64,000 bases of DNA from Bryobacterales bacterium (GTDB lineage Bacteria > Acidobacteriota > Terriglobia > Bryobacterales > UBA6623): contig OY729427.2 in the NCBI GenBank assembly GCA_963422375.2, forward strand, positions 288,001-352,000, written 5' to 3'. The notes under the pieces were generated by a model. The model made no database searches. It worked only from the letters and a program-made list of their open reading frames with translations, and was not told where the DNA came from. Positions 1-9,486 of this stretch are shown here, piece by piece. Both the position numbers and the translations under genes were made by a program. How positions within the stretch are numbered: position 1 is the first letter of the stretch; the number at the start of each line of letters is the position of its first letter.

Positions 1-488
1 GGATTGACGATCCGCTCGGTATCGCTCGGGAACCAGCGGCCCCGCACGGACGCGTACGCGGGCAGGAGGCAGGCCAGGAGCAGGGCCGCCGCGATCCGGC
101 GGTCCCGCCACGCGTATGCCAGCAAGGCGGCGCCGGCGAAGCCGAAAGCGGCATGCGCCGCGACCAGCGGCAGGTTTGAGCGGGTCGCGCCGACCACGCA
201 GAGAAGCCCCCCGAGCGCGGCGCAGGCCGTGAAGGCCACCAAGGCGCGCCGGTCGGACCTCGCCTGGCGGAAGAGTTCCCGGCCCGAGAACCAGAGGCCG
301 ACCGCCAGCGCGGCGCCCGCAGCCACGTGCAGAAGCACGTTGGCGACGTAGAACAGGTCGGCCGAAGGGAACGCCCGCAGCCAGGCGGAATTGACGAGGA
401 GGAACAGGAACGCGCCGCCGACTAGCCGCCAGCTCCGGCGCGCAGGGGCCGGATCCGCGGGGTCGCGCGCTCCCGTCCCGGCGGTCAC
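1..488 (-). CDS. N-terminal membrane part of a probable TPR/multiheme cytochrome-type protein (runs off the window edge)
   Basis: Not in the ORF track because there is no stop in the window. GTG at 488 overlaps the TGA of the upstream gene. Reads MTAGTG...LVGGAFLFLLVNSAWLRAFPSADLFYVANVLLHVAAG...ERIVNP with several TM helices. The downstream domains are inferred from similar acidobacterial gene pairs, not seen here. Confidence 0.7.
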   Translation of the reverse strand, partial: MTAGTGARDPADPAPARRSWRLVGGAFLFLLVNSAWLRAFPSADLFYVANVLLHVAAGAALAVGLWFSGRELFRQARSDRRALVAFTACAALGGLLCVVGATRSNLPLVAAHAAFGFAGAALLAYAWRDRRIAAALLLACLLPAYASVRGRWFPSDTERIVN

Positions 489-3400
489 CTCGCCCGGCTC
501 CGCGCTACGAGCGGCCGCAGCAGGCGCAGGGCCGGACGCGTGTGGATCGTCTCCAGGTCAGCCCGATGCTGAGGGGTGTCCGGATACCGCTCCCCTGCCT
601 CGTAGGGATAGGCGCTCATGCTGTGGAACGGCAGCGGCTCGACGGAGTCGCCGAAGGCCGTGTTGGCCTCGTTCTCCTTGGCCCAGCCGTCAACCAGCAG
701 CAGGTAGTCGCGAGTCCACCCGGCAGGCAGGGCGGGAAGTCCCGCCGCCGGGAAGCGCAGCTCGATCTCGTCCCCCGCGCCCATGATCACGTAGCGGTCG
801 TCCTCGCGGTCGAGCAGCTTTCGGACGTCGCCGAAGCGCGTGTACAGGCCGGGAGTCGGGTTCCAGTTCGACGTGGCCGAGACCTGCTGGTAGTCGAATC
901 GCTCGGGCTGCCCGCGCCCTTCCGCGACGTAGTTGCGCGAGAAGCCCCGGAAGCGCAGCTGCGCCCTGCCCGGCGCCAAGCGGGTCAGCCGCGTCTCGAG
1001 CTCGCTGGTTCCGAGCCCGATGTAGACCGCGTCCCAGTAGACGCACATGTTGGTCACCAAGCGAACGCGGCGGGACGTTCCGGGAAACTTGCCGCCCAGG
1101 TCGATCGCGATCGTGCGGAGCGTGCCGCCGGGCACGCCCGCGTCGGCGACGGCCGTGACCCATTCCCCGCTCTCGTGCCGAATCTCCAAATACGGCGGCA
1201 GGATGGCGGATTCCTCGGTCTGGGAGGACGCGACGATGCTGCTGGCGGACGCCCAGTCGACCCAGCCCTCTAGGAACAGCACGGCGTCGTCGGCCGCGAA
1301 CTCGGGGAACTCGAGATCGAGGAAGTGCCGCTCGGCCCGGTTGGCATAGTCGCGCTCGAAGGTCGCGTAGCGCCGGTCGCTCGCCGCGACCCGAGCGAGA
1401 ACGTCCTCGCCCCTGTGGTTGGTCGCCGCCACGGGCAGGACCTTGGATCCCACGCCGAACAGCCGGAACGCCGGAAACGGCGGGCCCTTGGCCTTCTCGT
1501 TCGTGACGATGCGGATCTCCTCGGGGTGGTCGACGGCGATCAGGCGGATCTTGTCGAGGTAGGCCGTCTCGCGGAGCTCCTCGGTCAGGCGCACGTCAAG
1601 GTACCCGTCACGCTGGCGCAACTGCGTGCCGTCGATGGAGACGTACTCGTCGTGATCCACCGGGAAGTAGACGCCCCGCGCCAGGCTCGCGCCGAGCGGG
1701 GCCACGCCGAGCACCTCGCTGATGTACTCGAACTCGCTGCCGTTCCACGTGTAGACCATCGGGCAGGAGCCGGACAGCCGCGGCGCCTCCTTGATCGCGA
1801 TGGCGGAGGTCGGCTCGTCCGGCGTCTCGTTCTGGATCAGGCCGTTCGCCCAGGTCACGCGGACCGTGTCGAACTGCCCCCCGCGGCCGAGGCCGAAGAC
1901 CAGGGGCAGGCCGCTGTACACGCTCTTCGCGTAGCTCAGGCCGGCCTTGACCTCCACGCGGGCGCCAGTCCCTATCGCCGGGCTCTTGACGCCCTCCAGT
2001 CTCACAACCAGCCCGCGGTTCGGCCCCTGCGGGGAGTTCTCGGCGAATCGCACCTCGCCGTCCGGGCCGGCCGTGACCAGATCCGGGCGGCCGTCCCCGT
2101 TGAAGTCCGCCGCAGCCGCGGGCCCGGCAGGGACCTCGGCGCTGCCCCGGACTGGAGCGAAGCCGAAGCGCCCGCCGTTGGCGAGGAATCCCTCGGCTGT
2201 CGCCACGTCGAAGCGCCCGCGCAGCTGGAAGTCGGCCCAGGCCTCCACTCGGGCCACCGACGGCCCTTCGCGCAGCGTCCCGTCGCGGTTTTCCAGCAGA
2301 AGCGTCGCGCCCGCGGTGACGACGGCGACGTCCAGGTAGCCGTCGTGATCGGCGTCGATCACGTCCATCCGTGCGCTGCCGCCCGGCACTCGCGCGCCTT
2401 CGACCTCGACAGCGTCACCGTACACGCCCAGCTTGCGGTCCTGATGGACCGCCACGGACTCCCCGTACACCGCCACGAAGTCGTGGCCGTTATCCTCGAA
2501 TAGCTCGGCCGTCGCCGCGGCGCGGACCCGGCCTTCCGCGAACGGGAACTCCGAGGTGGCATCAGTCAGCGTGCCGTCGCCGTCGTTCCGGTGCAGCCGC
2601 TTGTCGCGGCCGAGCGAGAACAGGTCGAAATCGTTGTCGTGATCGTAATCGGCGAACAGGCAGAGGTCGAACGCGCCCGCCAGCGAGAACACGCTCTCGA
2701 AGGACTGTCCGGGTCGGTTCGCTAGGACTTGGACGCCTTGGCCGTCGACTCGGCAGAGATCAGCCGTGCCGTCTCCGTCGAAGTCCCCGGCCCCGTAGTG
2801 GCGGGCTCCGTCCAGCGCCGCCCGGCTCGGTCGCGGGCCGTCCGCGGAGCCGCCCAGAATCGCGACCGCGCCCTGCTCGGACCACAGCAAGGCGTCCGCT
2901 TCCCCGTCCGAGTCGAGATCCAGGGCCAAGGCCCCCAGCGGCGCGCCCGCCAGACGCCCGACAGTCCGGGAAGAGAAGTCGAAGGCGGCCGCCGGGACGG
3001 CTGCCCCCGTCGCTAGCGAGGGATCGTGCAGTTCCGAATAGAAGCTCCAGTCAACGTCCTCGCCGACGGCGGCGTCCTCGGTAGCCGCCTTGAGCCCCTT
3101 GAATATCTCGAGTTCCTGCGTGGCCCGGTCCGGGTCTGACCTTCGCAGGATCCCGAACAGCTGGAAGTGCGGCGCGGCCAGCGAGGGATCCAGCTCGATG
3201 GTCCGCTCGAACTTCTCGATCGCCCGCCGGATGTTGCCGATCTGCTTGTAGAGAGCGCCGAGGTTGTACTGGGTCTTCGCCTCGTCCGGGACGAGGCGCT
3301 GCATCTGCTCGAACTGGTCGATGGCCTTCTCGACCTCCCCGGCCTTCTTGTATTCGATCCCGAGATTGAAATAGGTGTGGGGCAGGAACCGGTCGATCCT

Positions 3401-3691
3401 CTGCGCCCGCGCGACGTGCGCCATGCCTTCCTCGCGCTGCCCTGCCCGCAACAGCGCGAGACCGTAGTTGAGATGCTCGCGGGCGGAGCCGGGATTCAGG
3501 TCGAGCGCCCTCTTGAGTTGCTCCACCGCCTGCCGGGACGACCCCGGCGTCTCGTAGAAGGCCTTGCCGAGGTTCCTGACCTCTTGGAGCAGGACTTCCC
3601 CTGGGGAGTTCTCCGGGCTCTGGGCGGGCGCCAGCATCCACCACGTAGTTCCGCAGGCCAAGAGGGCGGTAAGCAAGAAAAGCAGCCTCAT
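485..3691 (-). CDS. Exported TPR + FG-GAP repeat + ASPIC/UnbV domain protein
   Basis: Likely start MRLLFLLTALLAC after GGGGA (ATG 3691); the ORF-track extension to 4027 is TnpB sequence. TPR helices (AHLNYG, YFNLG, YNLG), DxDxDG repeats, ASPIC-like GARVEV...FGLG...VRVTW, then a C-terminal GSCPMVYTWNG domain. Confidence 0.88.
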   Translation of the reverse strand: MRLLFLLTALLACGTTWWMLAPAQSPENSPGEVLLQEVRNLGKAFYETPGSSRQAVEQLKRALDLNPGSAREHLNYGLALLRAGQREEGMAHVARAQRIDRFLPHTYFNLGIEYKKAGEVEKAIDQFEQMQRLVPDEAKTQYNLGALYKQIGNIRRAIEKFERTIELDPSLAAPHFQLFGILRRSDPDRATQELEIFKGLKAATEDAAVGEDVDWSFYSELHDPSLATGAAVPAAAFDFSSRTVGRLAGAPLGALALDLDSDGEADALLWSEQGAVAILGGSADGPRPSRAALDGARHYGAGDFDGDGTADLCRVDGQGVQVLANRPGQSFESVFSLAGAFDLCLFADYDHDNDFDLFSLGRDKRLHRNDGDGTLTDATSEFPFAEGRVRAAATAELFEDNGHDFVAVYGESVAVHQDRKLGVYGDAVEVEGARVPGGSARMDVIDADHDGYLDVAVVTAGATLLLENRDGTLREGPSVARVEAWADFQLRGRFDVATAEGFLANGGRFGFAPVRGSAEVPAGPAAAADFNGDGRPDLVTAGPDGEVRFAENSPQGPNRGLVVRLEGVKSPAIGTGARVEVKAGLSYAKSVYSGLPLVFGLGRGGQFDTVRVTWANGLIQNETPDEPTSAIAIKEAPRLSGSCPMVYTWNGSEFEYISEVLGVAPLGASLARGVYFPVDHDEYVSIDGTQLRQRDGYLDVRLTEELRETAYLDKIRLIAVDHPEEIRIVTNEKAKGPPFPAFRLFGVGSKVLPVAATNHRGEDVLARVAASDRRYATFERDYANRAERHFLDLEFPEFAADDAVLFLEGWVDWASASSIVASSQTEESAILPPYLEIRHESGEWVTAVADAGVPGGTLRTIAIDLGGKFPGTSRRVRLVTNMCVYWDAVYIGLGTSELETRLTRLAPGRAQLRFRGFSRNYVAEGRGQPERFDYQQVSATSNWNPTPGLYTRFGDVRKLLDREDDRYVIMGAGDEIELRFPAAGLPALPAGWTRDYLLLVDGWAKENEANTAFGDSVEPLPFHSMSAYPYEAGERYPDTPQHRADLETIHTRPALRLLRPLVARSRAR

Positions 3692-3699
3692 TCGATCCC

Positions 3700-4878
3700 C
3701 TATTCTGAGCGCGCCGATAGTCGTCGCTGACTGAGGCGACTCTCGGCTGGACACCCGCCAGCGCGAAGGATGGAAGCAGGCCCAGGCGGGCTCAGAGCCT
3801 GCAGGGCGTCGATCGCAGCGCTGACGACCGCATCGCCCGAGTAGCCGCGGCGCTTGCACGCGTACCGCTGCCCCTTGCAGTTCGAGCGGTCCGCAACGCT
3901 GCACCGATGGCAACGCTGCGACGTACGATGGCAACGCTGCGACGTATAGGCGGGATCGATTTGCTCGAACCTGCGACCGACCCACTCTGCCTTGGATGCA
4001 AGCTGCCCTGTCAGCAATCCCCGACACTGCCTCGGAACCGAGCGATTCAAGCCAGACTTCCGCTTTACGTTCGGTTCGGGCTCATCGGCAGTGCCCGTCG
4101 CGGATCGCGCCATGTTGTTGATACTCGGTTGCCGCACCCGCTCCCCCCGCGTCCCGCTGCCTCTCTGGCAGCGGCTCACCGCTCGGCTGCGCTTGCGAGT
4201 CGTGTTATTGCCATCGGAATCAGCGACTCCCCTGATCCGCTCGCCATCGCTCAGGGCCAGTTGGTCCTTCGCGCCTAGGTCGATTCCTGCAGCGGAGGGG
4301 CTCGGTGCTTGCGGCTGCTTGTGGACGCCGTCGAGCACCAAGTCCACGTTCAGGCCGGCATCGGCGCGAGTGACGCGGACGAACTTGGGCTTGAGGCTAG
4401 GAAGCTCCCAGTCTGGCTTGATCGTGATCCGCGGCAGTCCCTTGATCCGCAGGACGGTTCGATCGTCAGCGCGCTCCCAGGGCCTGGGCGGCTCGAAGCA
4501 CTCGATGGTGCGGAACCGGCTGGCAGGCTTGAATCGCGGATACCCGGGTTTCCCGCCTGCCTTCCAGCGACCCAAGAACGCACTGACCACTCGCGAATGC
4601 GCGGCCATGCAGACCATGGTGTCGATCGTTCCGAGCCTCAGCGGCTTGGACTTGCGGAGTTCGGCCAGCTGGTTCCATCGATCTAGGCGGAGTAGCGACT
4701 GCTTGCGTTCCTCCCAAGCCGTTTTCCTCTCCGCCAGCGCCTTGTTGTAGAGCCAGCGCAACCAGCCCAGCACGGTGTCGATGCGAGCGTACCCGAACTT
4801 CGGGCAGTACCTGCGCTCCTGTAACGTGACCGTTGCCTTCACCAGCACTATCCCATGGCATGAGAGCCAGCGTGTCAC
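3700..4878 (-). CDS. tnpB: TnpB-family (IS200/IS605) protein, degenerate, probably nuclease-dead (copy 1)
   Basis: LYNKALAERKTAWE, KPGYPRFK, RuvC-I GIDLG, KSGLNRS, PAYTSQRCHRC. The RuvC-II EDL segment is deleted in frame and RuvC-III reads DAVVSAA. Confidence 0.85.
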   Translation of the reverse strand: MTRWLSCHGIVLVKATVTLQERRYCPKFGYARIDTVLGWLRWLYNKALAERKTAWEERKQSLLRLDRWNQLAELRKSKPLRLGTIDTMVCMAAHSRVVSAFLGRWKAGGKPGYPRFKPASRFRTIECFEPPRPWERADDRTVLRIKGLPRITIKPDWELPSLKPKFVRVTRADAGLNVDLVLDGVHKQPQAPSPSAAGIDLGAKDQLALSDGERIRGVADSDGNNTTRKRSRAVSRCQRGSGTRGERVRQPSINNMARSATGTADEPEPNVKRKSGLNRSVPRQCRGLLTGQLASKAEWVGRRFEQIDPAYTSQRCHRTSQRCHRCSVADRSNCKGQRYACKRRGYSGDAVVSAAIDALQALSPPGPASILRAGGCPAESRLSQRRLSARSE

Positions 4879-4917
4879 GCTACGAGAGGGAAATCATGCC
4901 ATTGCCTTGACGCGCTC
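3705..4917 (-). mobile_element. Non-autonomous IS200/IS605 (IS1341-like, tnpB-only) element, copy 1
   Basis: Similarity to copy 2 runs from the shared GAGCGCGTCAAG motif (4906-4917) to a shared TCAG end (3705-3708). Inverted repeat at 4855-4863/4894-4902. No tnpA. Confidence 0.65.
3905..3946. repeat. Perfect 21-bp tandem duplication within tnpB copy 1
   Basis: CGATGGCAACGCTGCGACGTA occurs twice and gives TSQRCHR-TSQRCHR in frame. Confidence 0.95.
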
Positions 4918-5399
4918 TGCGAGTCTCATAATACACCGGCGGGGCGCACCGAGACCGCGCCGTCGGCGACCTGGACCGGTACATGTCGCGGCTGCAACGG
5001 GCCGCAGTCCGAGGCGTGGAGAATTGCCTCCGGAGTCAGGGCGACAGGGAGACTCGGGCAAATTCATCGCAGGCGTCCTGCCCTGCGGGACGGCGTGCAG
5101 TTTCTGGACCGCGCGGTTCGGTCCGTCGACGGCGAAAGCGACTGGCTCCCTGCCAGAGCCGAGGCCGAACCCTTTCGGCCTGCGACTCGGGGAGGCGCAG
5201 GAGACGCTCGGCACTGCTTGGCAGGCTTGCTGGCCGCCCCGCGCCACTGCCGAGAGCCCGTCGCGGCTGTCGCGCCTGCCCAAGAACGGGGTCCGCCCGC
5301 CAGGTGCTCTCGGCGGCGTTTCGGAGAAGCCGCGCCCGCGCGGAGACCTCAGTCACGGTCGAATTCGGCGAACGGCTCGCCGCGGTAGGCCCCGCACGA

Positions 5400-6200
5400 C
5401 ATGCTCCCTCCTCTGAATTCGCGAATACCGCATAGGGCAGTTCGGACGCTGTCGCCGAGAACTGGATCACGGTGTCGTTGACATGCCCGAAGACGGACCC
5501 GTCCGTAGGTCGCCGCGTCTGACTTCCGTCTTCGTTCAAGATGCCCTGCCAGCTTCCGCCCTAGCCGTCGAGATCCTAGGCCAAGACCTCGGCCAATTGA
5601 CGACGGCCGAATCCGGTCAGGCTGGAGCTCGCTGGACGGGCCTCCGGCGCGGACTCCTGCACCCTTCGCTGACCCTCGCAGCGGATTCCGCGGCCGCAAC
5701 CCGGGTCGCACCCCATCCGTGCTTCCGGACCGCGAGCGGTATCGAGCGCCAGGCTGTTGCGGGTCGGCGCCAAGCCGCTCCGACTCGAGCTGGAGCCGAA
5801 CGGCAGACTGGATCTGGCCCAGGCCTTCGGCCCGCCGGTCGTGCTGAACTCAAGGCTGGAGGGCGCCTCGGATATCGATGTCATTCGGTTCCAGATACGG
5901 GCCGGCAAGGGGAGGATCTTCGAGGGCAGCGAAGCCCGGTACGGCCGCAGCTCAGGTGCGCCGATAGTCGTGGTCGGCAGCGAGAGCAGAGCATCTCGCT
6001 ACGGCGAGGATCGCGCAATCTGGGCTCCATTCTTCAGCTGTCGGTTCGAGCCCGACGGGTAGTACTGGCTAGCCCTGCACCCGACCCGCGGACAAGCCGA
6101 TCAAGGTTCGGATACCGGCGGGACGTCCACAAGATCTCCCGACTCAACGCTCGCGGCACGGCCCGCTCCGGGCCGTGCCGCGAGCCATTCCAGAAAAGCG
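5400..6200 (+). pseudogene. Degraded PPC (pre-peptidase C-terminal) domain protein
   Basis: Fragments across frames and stops: ELEPNGRLDLAQAFGPPVVLNSRLEGASDIDVIRFQIRAG...ARYG...PFFSCRFEPDG*YWLAL...FGYR. This resembles the E-x-EPN...AQ...NG...D-x-D-x-FRF...AG pattern. Boundaries approximate. Confidence 0.55.
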
Positions 6201-6209
6201 ACTCCTACG

Positions 6210-7349
6210 TCAGGATCGTTCCACTTCAAACCCCGAAATGTTGCGAGATTCTATGCTGAATTCCACGGAAATCAGGTAAACCCGCAGCTCCGCTGCCCGC
6301 CTCCGGTGACGGTCGGCACGTGCTCGCAGCCGGCGTCGGCCACGCCCCGGAAGCAGGCCGGGCCGTCGGAATGCACCTCCGTGCCGGGCTGCAAGTGCCG
6401 CCCGGCCCACGCTGCCAGCGTCTTCTTGCGGAAGCCCGCCACGCTGCTCAGGCGCATCCTTGCCGGCTTGCCGTCGGCGGTGACCTGCACGGCGGCCACG
6501 AACGGCGTCTGGCCCGCCGCGCCGCGACCGCGCTTGCCGCCGGTCCGCTCGCCAGTAGGCGTCGTCCACCTGCACGATGCCGCCCAGCGGCACGCGCTCG
6601 TCGCGCTCCTTCATCACTTGCAGGAGCTTGTGCTTCACCCTCCAAGCCGTGTTCCGGCTCACGCCCAGCTGCCGCGCCAGTTCCAGCGACGAAACGCCGT
6701 GCTGGCCCTGCGTCAGCAGGTGGATCGCCAGGAACCGGACGGTCAGCGGCAGCTTGGTGGCGGCGTGCTCGCAGGGCCCCTCGCTGCCGTAGCGCTGCAG
6801 GAACTTGCCCAGGCTGAGTCCCTTCTGGAATTGCACGCGATTGCGTTTCAGGGGCTATCCCCTTTCCTGTCAGAGATTTCCGACCTCCTTCAGCATAGCA
6901 TATCTTCGGCTGACGTTCGTTGGTAATCAGGTATGAATAAGCTCCAGCAACTCACTCAATCATTCGGGTCCAGTAGCATACGATGACACTACACTCTCTC
7001 GACACTCCGCTGCATCCAGTTGAGCCATCAGACTTGCATGCACGGAACCCGATTCCTTGAAGTGACCCGTTCCGAATGTCAATCTGACAACCGGATAGCA
7101 TTCGGACCAATTCCAATCGTCGTGTATTTCCAATCCTTCGAATACCTGCTGGTTGCCTTCGAACAACTCCTTGAGTGTGTCAAGAAACAAGCTCTTTCCA
7201 AATCGTCTCGGACGAGATAGAAAGTAGTGCTTTCCCTCGCGCACCATGCGTCGGATGTACGGGGTCTTGTCGACGTAATAGCAGCCCCGCTCCCGGAGGT
7301 CGCGGATCGTCTGTATACCGATGGGCAGTGGACATCTCGTCACGGGCAA
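6210..7349 (-). pseudogene. AAA-ATPase/PD-(D/E)XK nuclease gene interrupted by IS1595 and internally deleted
   Basis: N-terminus at 6932-7349 (LPIGIQT...YYVDKT...SRPRRFGKS...TGPE*LSELLELIH) and C-terminal tail at 6210-6280 (VYLISVEFSIESRNISGFEVERS) both match the intact paralogue at 9487-11040. Confidence 0.9.
6280..6931 (-). mobile_element. IS1595-family element remnant (transposase pseudogene, one end retained)
   Basis: KRNRVQFQKGLSL...TKLPL...SSLELARQLGV...AWRVKHKLLQVM...VQVDDAY, frameshift, then GKRGRGA...TPFVAAV...VHSDG. Zn-ribbon and C-terminus missing. Terminal-IR-like CCTGATTACCAACGAACGTCAGCC at 6908-6931, exactly at the AAA gene break. Confidence 0.88.
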
Positions 7350-7351
7350 GC

Positions 7352-7360
7352 ATTATACCA
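7352..7360 (-). promoter_or_regulatory. Extended -10 promoter (TGGTATAAT)
   Basis: Perfect TGnTATAAT 8 nt upstream of the GTG (7343) of the AAA pseudogene. Confidence 0.65.
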
Positions 7361-8147
7361 TTCCCGACAGCCGTGCGGATTCTTCCTTGTTTGACCTCCT
7401 GCCAAATCCGTGGAGCGGAGGCCTGCATGCACGATGGCGGCGACCCGGCTGCCGTCGGTTGGATCGCCCGGCCCTCGGAGATGTTGAAGCGAGATCCTCG
7501 AAGCGAGGTGTTTCCGACGCTGCACTGGAAGCTTGGCACTCACCCCAGCACACTCGATTGCAACGCCCGAGGCGTCGCTGCCAATGCAATTCGCCCAGCT
7601 GCGCTCGGACTGGAATTCGAATTGACCGAGGCGGCAATCGTCTCAGAGAGCGTCCGGCAGCCGTCTTGGCATCGAAGCCGCGAGCGAAGGGCCAAGCATC
7701 CAAGCACGCATTCCCCTACTCGGTCGGGCAATTCCTTGTCGGCCCCGACGCCTTCGGACACGGAACCACGGCAGTGGGGACATCGGCCGGGCGCTTCGCA
7801 GACCGGACTGGCAGGCGTCCAGTCGGACAGATGACCGGTTCGCGAGGACGCGCCCAAGGAACACGTCGCACCAGGTCCAGCACGAGGCTGGCGACTGGCT
7901 CCGTTTCCCGGAGGGTTCGCGAGGGGAGATCCTGAGCGACCAGAGAGCGCGTGCGGGGCGCGCGACGACGATTCTCGCGCAAGCGCCTTGAATGAAGAGA
8001 TGTCGCGAGACGGCGCGACAGCGGGCGCTCCGCGATCCAGTGGTCCGACACGCGAGATCCGGTGCATTCCCCTCGCAACCGCCGGAGAACGAAGCCATTG
8101 GCGCTCCAAGCGGAGGCAGCGCTGTGCGCCCGGACACTGGGCGGGAG

Positions 8148-8942
8148 TCAGTTCTTCATCGCTGTCTTGGGATTCTCCCTTACGCGGGCCTGCAGCCGTC
8201 GCATCCCCCTGAGCCACCGGTCGTAATCCGATGACTTTCTGCGCATGTACTCGAGAACCTCAGGATGAGGGAGGATCAAGAACCGTTCCTCCGCAAGCCC
8301 TTCGATCACTGCATCGGCCACGTCGAACGGCTCGATGGCACCAGGCGTCAGGAAGTTGTCCCGCTCCCCGCGCTCGCCTAGTAGCAAGCGCGTGCGCACT
8401 CCCTGCGGGCACAGCACGGAGACCTTCAGCCCTTGGCCGCCGTAAGTGACCGCTAGCCACTCGGCCAGCGCCACCGCGGCGTGCTTCGAGACGGCATAGG
8501 CAAGGGACCCGATTTGCGTCAGGACGCCGGCAGCCGACGCCGTGTTCAGGAGATAGCCATGCCCGCGTGCCGTCATCCGAGGCACCAAGATCCGCGCGGC
8601 GAGCAGGTGGGACCGGAAGTTCACGTCGAGCACACGCTCGAAGTCCGCGTTCGGCACTTCCGGGCCCCCAGGGTGCGAAACTCCCGCGTTCGAGCAGAAC
8701 AGGTCGATCGGGCCGCAGCGCGACTCCGTAGCCGCTACGAGATCATTCAACTCGGACTCCGAGGTGACGTCGGCGACATGCGCCTCCGCCCCGATGGTAT
8801 CGGCGGTCTCGCGAAGGGCTTCCGAATCGATATCAGACGCAATTACCGCTCGCGCACCCTCCCGTGCGAATCGCTCGGCGAGGGCGCGGCCGATGCCGCG
8901 GGCAGCCCCGGTTACGACGACCACCGCGCCTGAAACTTGCAT
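8148..8942 (-). CDS. Short-chain dehydrogenase/reductase (SDR)
   Basis: VVVTGAARGIG, SNAG, NTASAAG, YAVSK catalytic motif; GGAGG RBS before ATG 8942. Confidence 0.93.
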   Translation of the reverse strand: MQVSGAVVVVTGAARGIGRALAERFAREGARAVIASDIDSEALRETADTIGAEAHVADVTSESELNDLVAATESRCGPIDLFCSNAGVSHPGGPEVPNADFERVLDVNFRSHLLAARILVPRMTARGHGYLLNTASAAGVLTQIGSLAYAVSKHAAVALAEWLAVTYGGQGLKVSVLCPQGVRTRLLLGERGERDNFLTPGAIEPFDVADAVIEGLAEERFLILPHPEVLEYMRRKSSDYDRWLRGMRRLQARVRENPKTAMKN

Positions 8943-9040
8943 GAAATCCTCCCCCTGGCCAAGATGCCGGCGGCCCGGCGCCGTCGCTGCGACCAGTATA
9001 TTCAAGCTACTGGCGGGCTAGATGCGCGTAGGGACCTCGT

Positions 9041-9068
9041 GGCAGGTCGCATGCGCATGCGACCTGCC
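9041..9068. repeat. Perfect 28-bp palindrome
   Basis: GGCAGGTCGCATGC|GCATGCGACCTGCC with no spacer. Confidence 0.9.
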
Positions 9069-9486
9069 GTCGCCCCTTCACAGCGAATTCGCCTGAGGGA
9101 GGACGCTGCGAGCCTGGCTGGAGCGCACGACGACTGAGGGCGGTCGCGGACGCCCTAGACCGCCCGTCGGAGGCGTTGGCAAGGCCCCGATGCCTACCGG
9201 ACAACGTCACCGCCGCAGTTCAAGCCATGCTAAGCCGGTACGGCCAAGGCCCGGAGAGTCTGGCCGCGTCCGGGAGCCTCAAGCGCAAGACAGAAAAGAT
9301 GGGATCCTTCTCTAGCTAGCGGCATCCGGGAGCGCCTGTGAACCAAGGTGATCCATGGGTCACGTACAACGTCGCAGGCACCGACTTCACTCTCGAATCG
9401 CGCTCCTCGGCGCTAGCACGCTAGGACGAGGCACGGTCGCAACAGTGGAGATGGAGGCTCTCCGGGGATTGACTCGCGCCCGTGAC

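Noticed and set aside
3692..4027. N-terminal extension fusing TnpB sequence to the FG-GAP protein
   Set aside because: It is an alternate frame of tnpB; the RBS and signal peptide point to ATG 3691.
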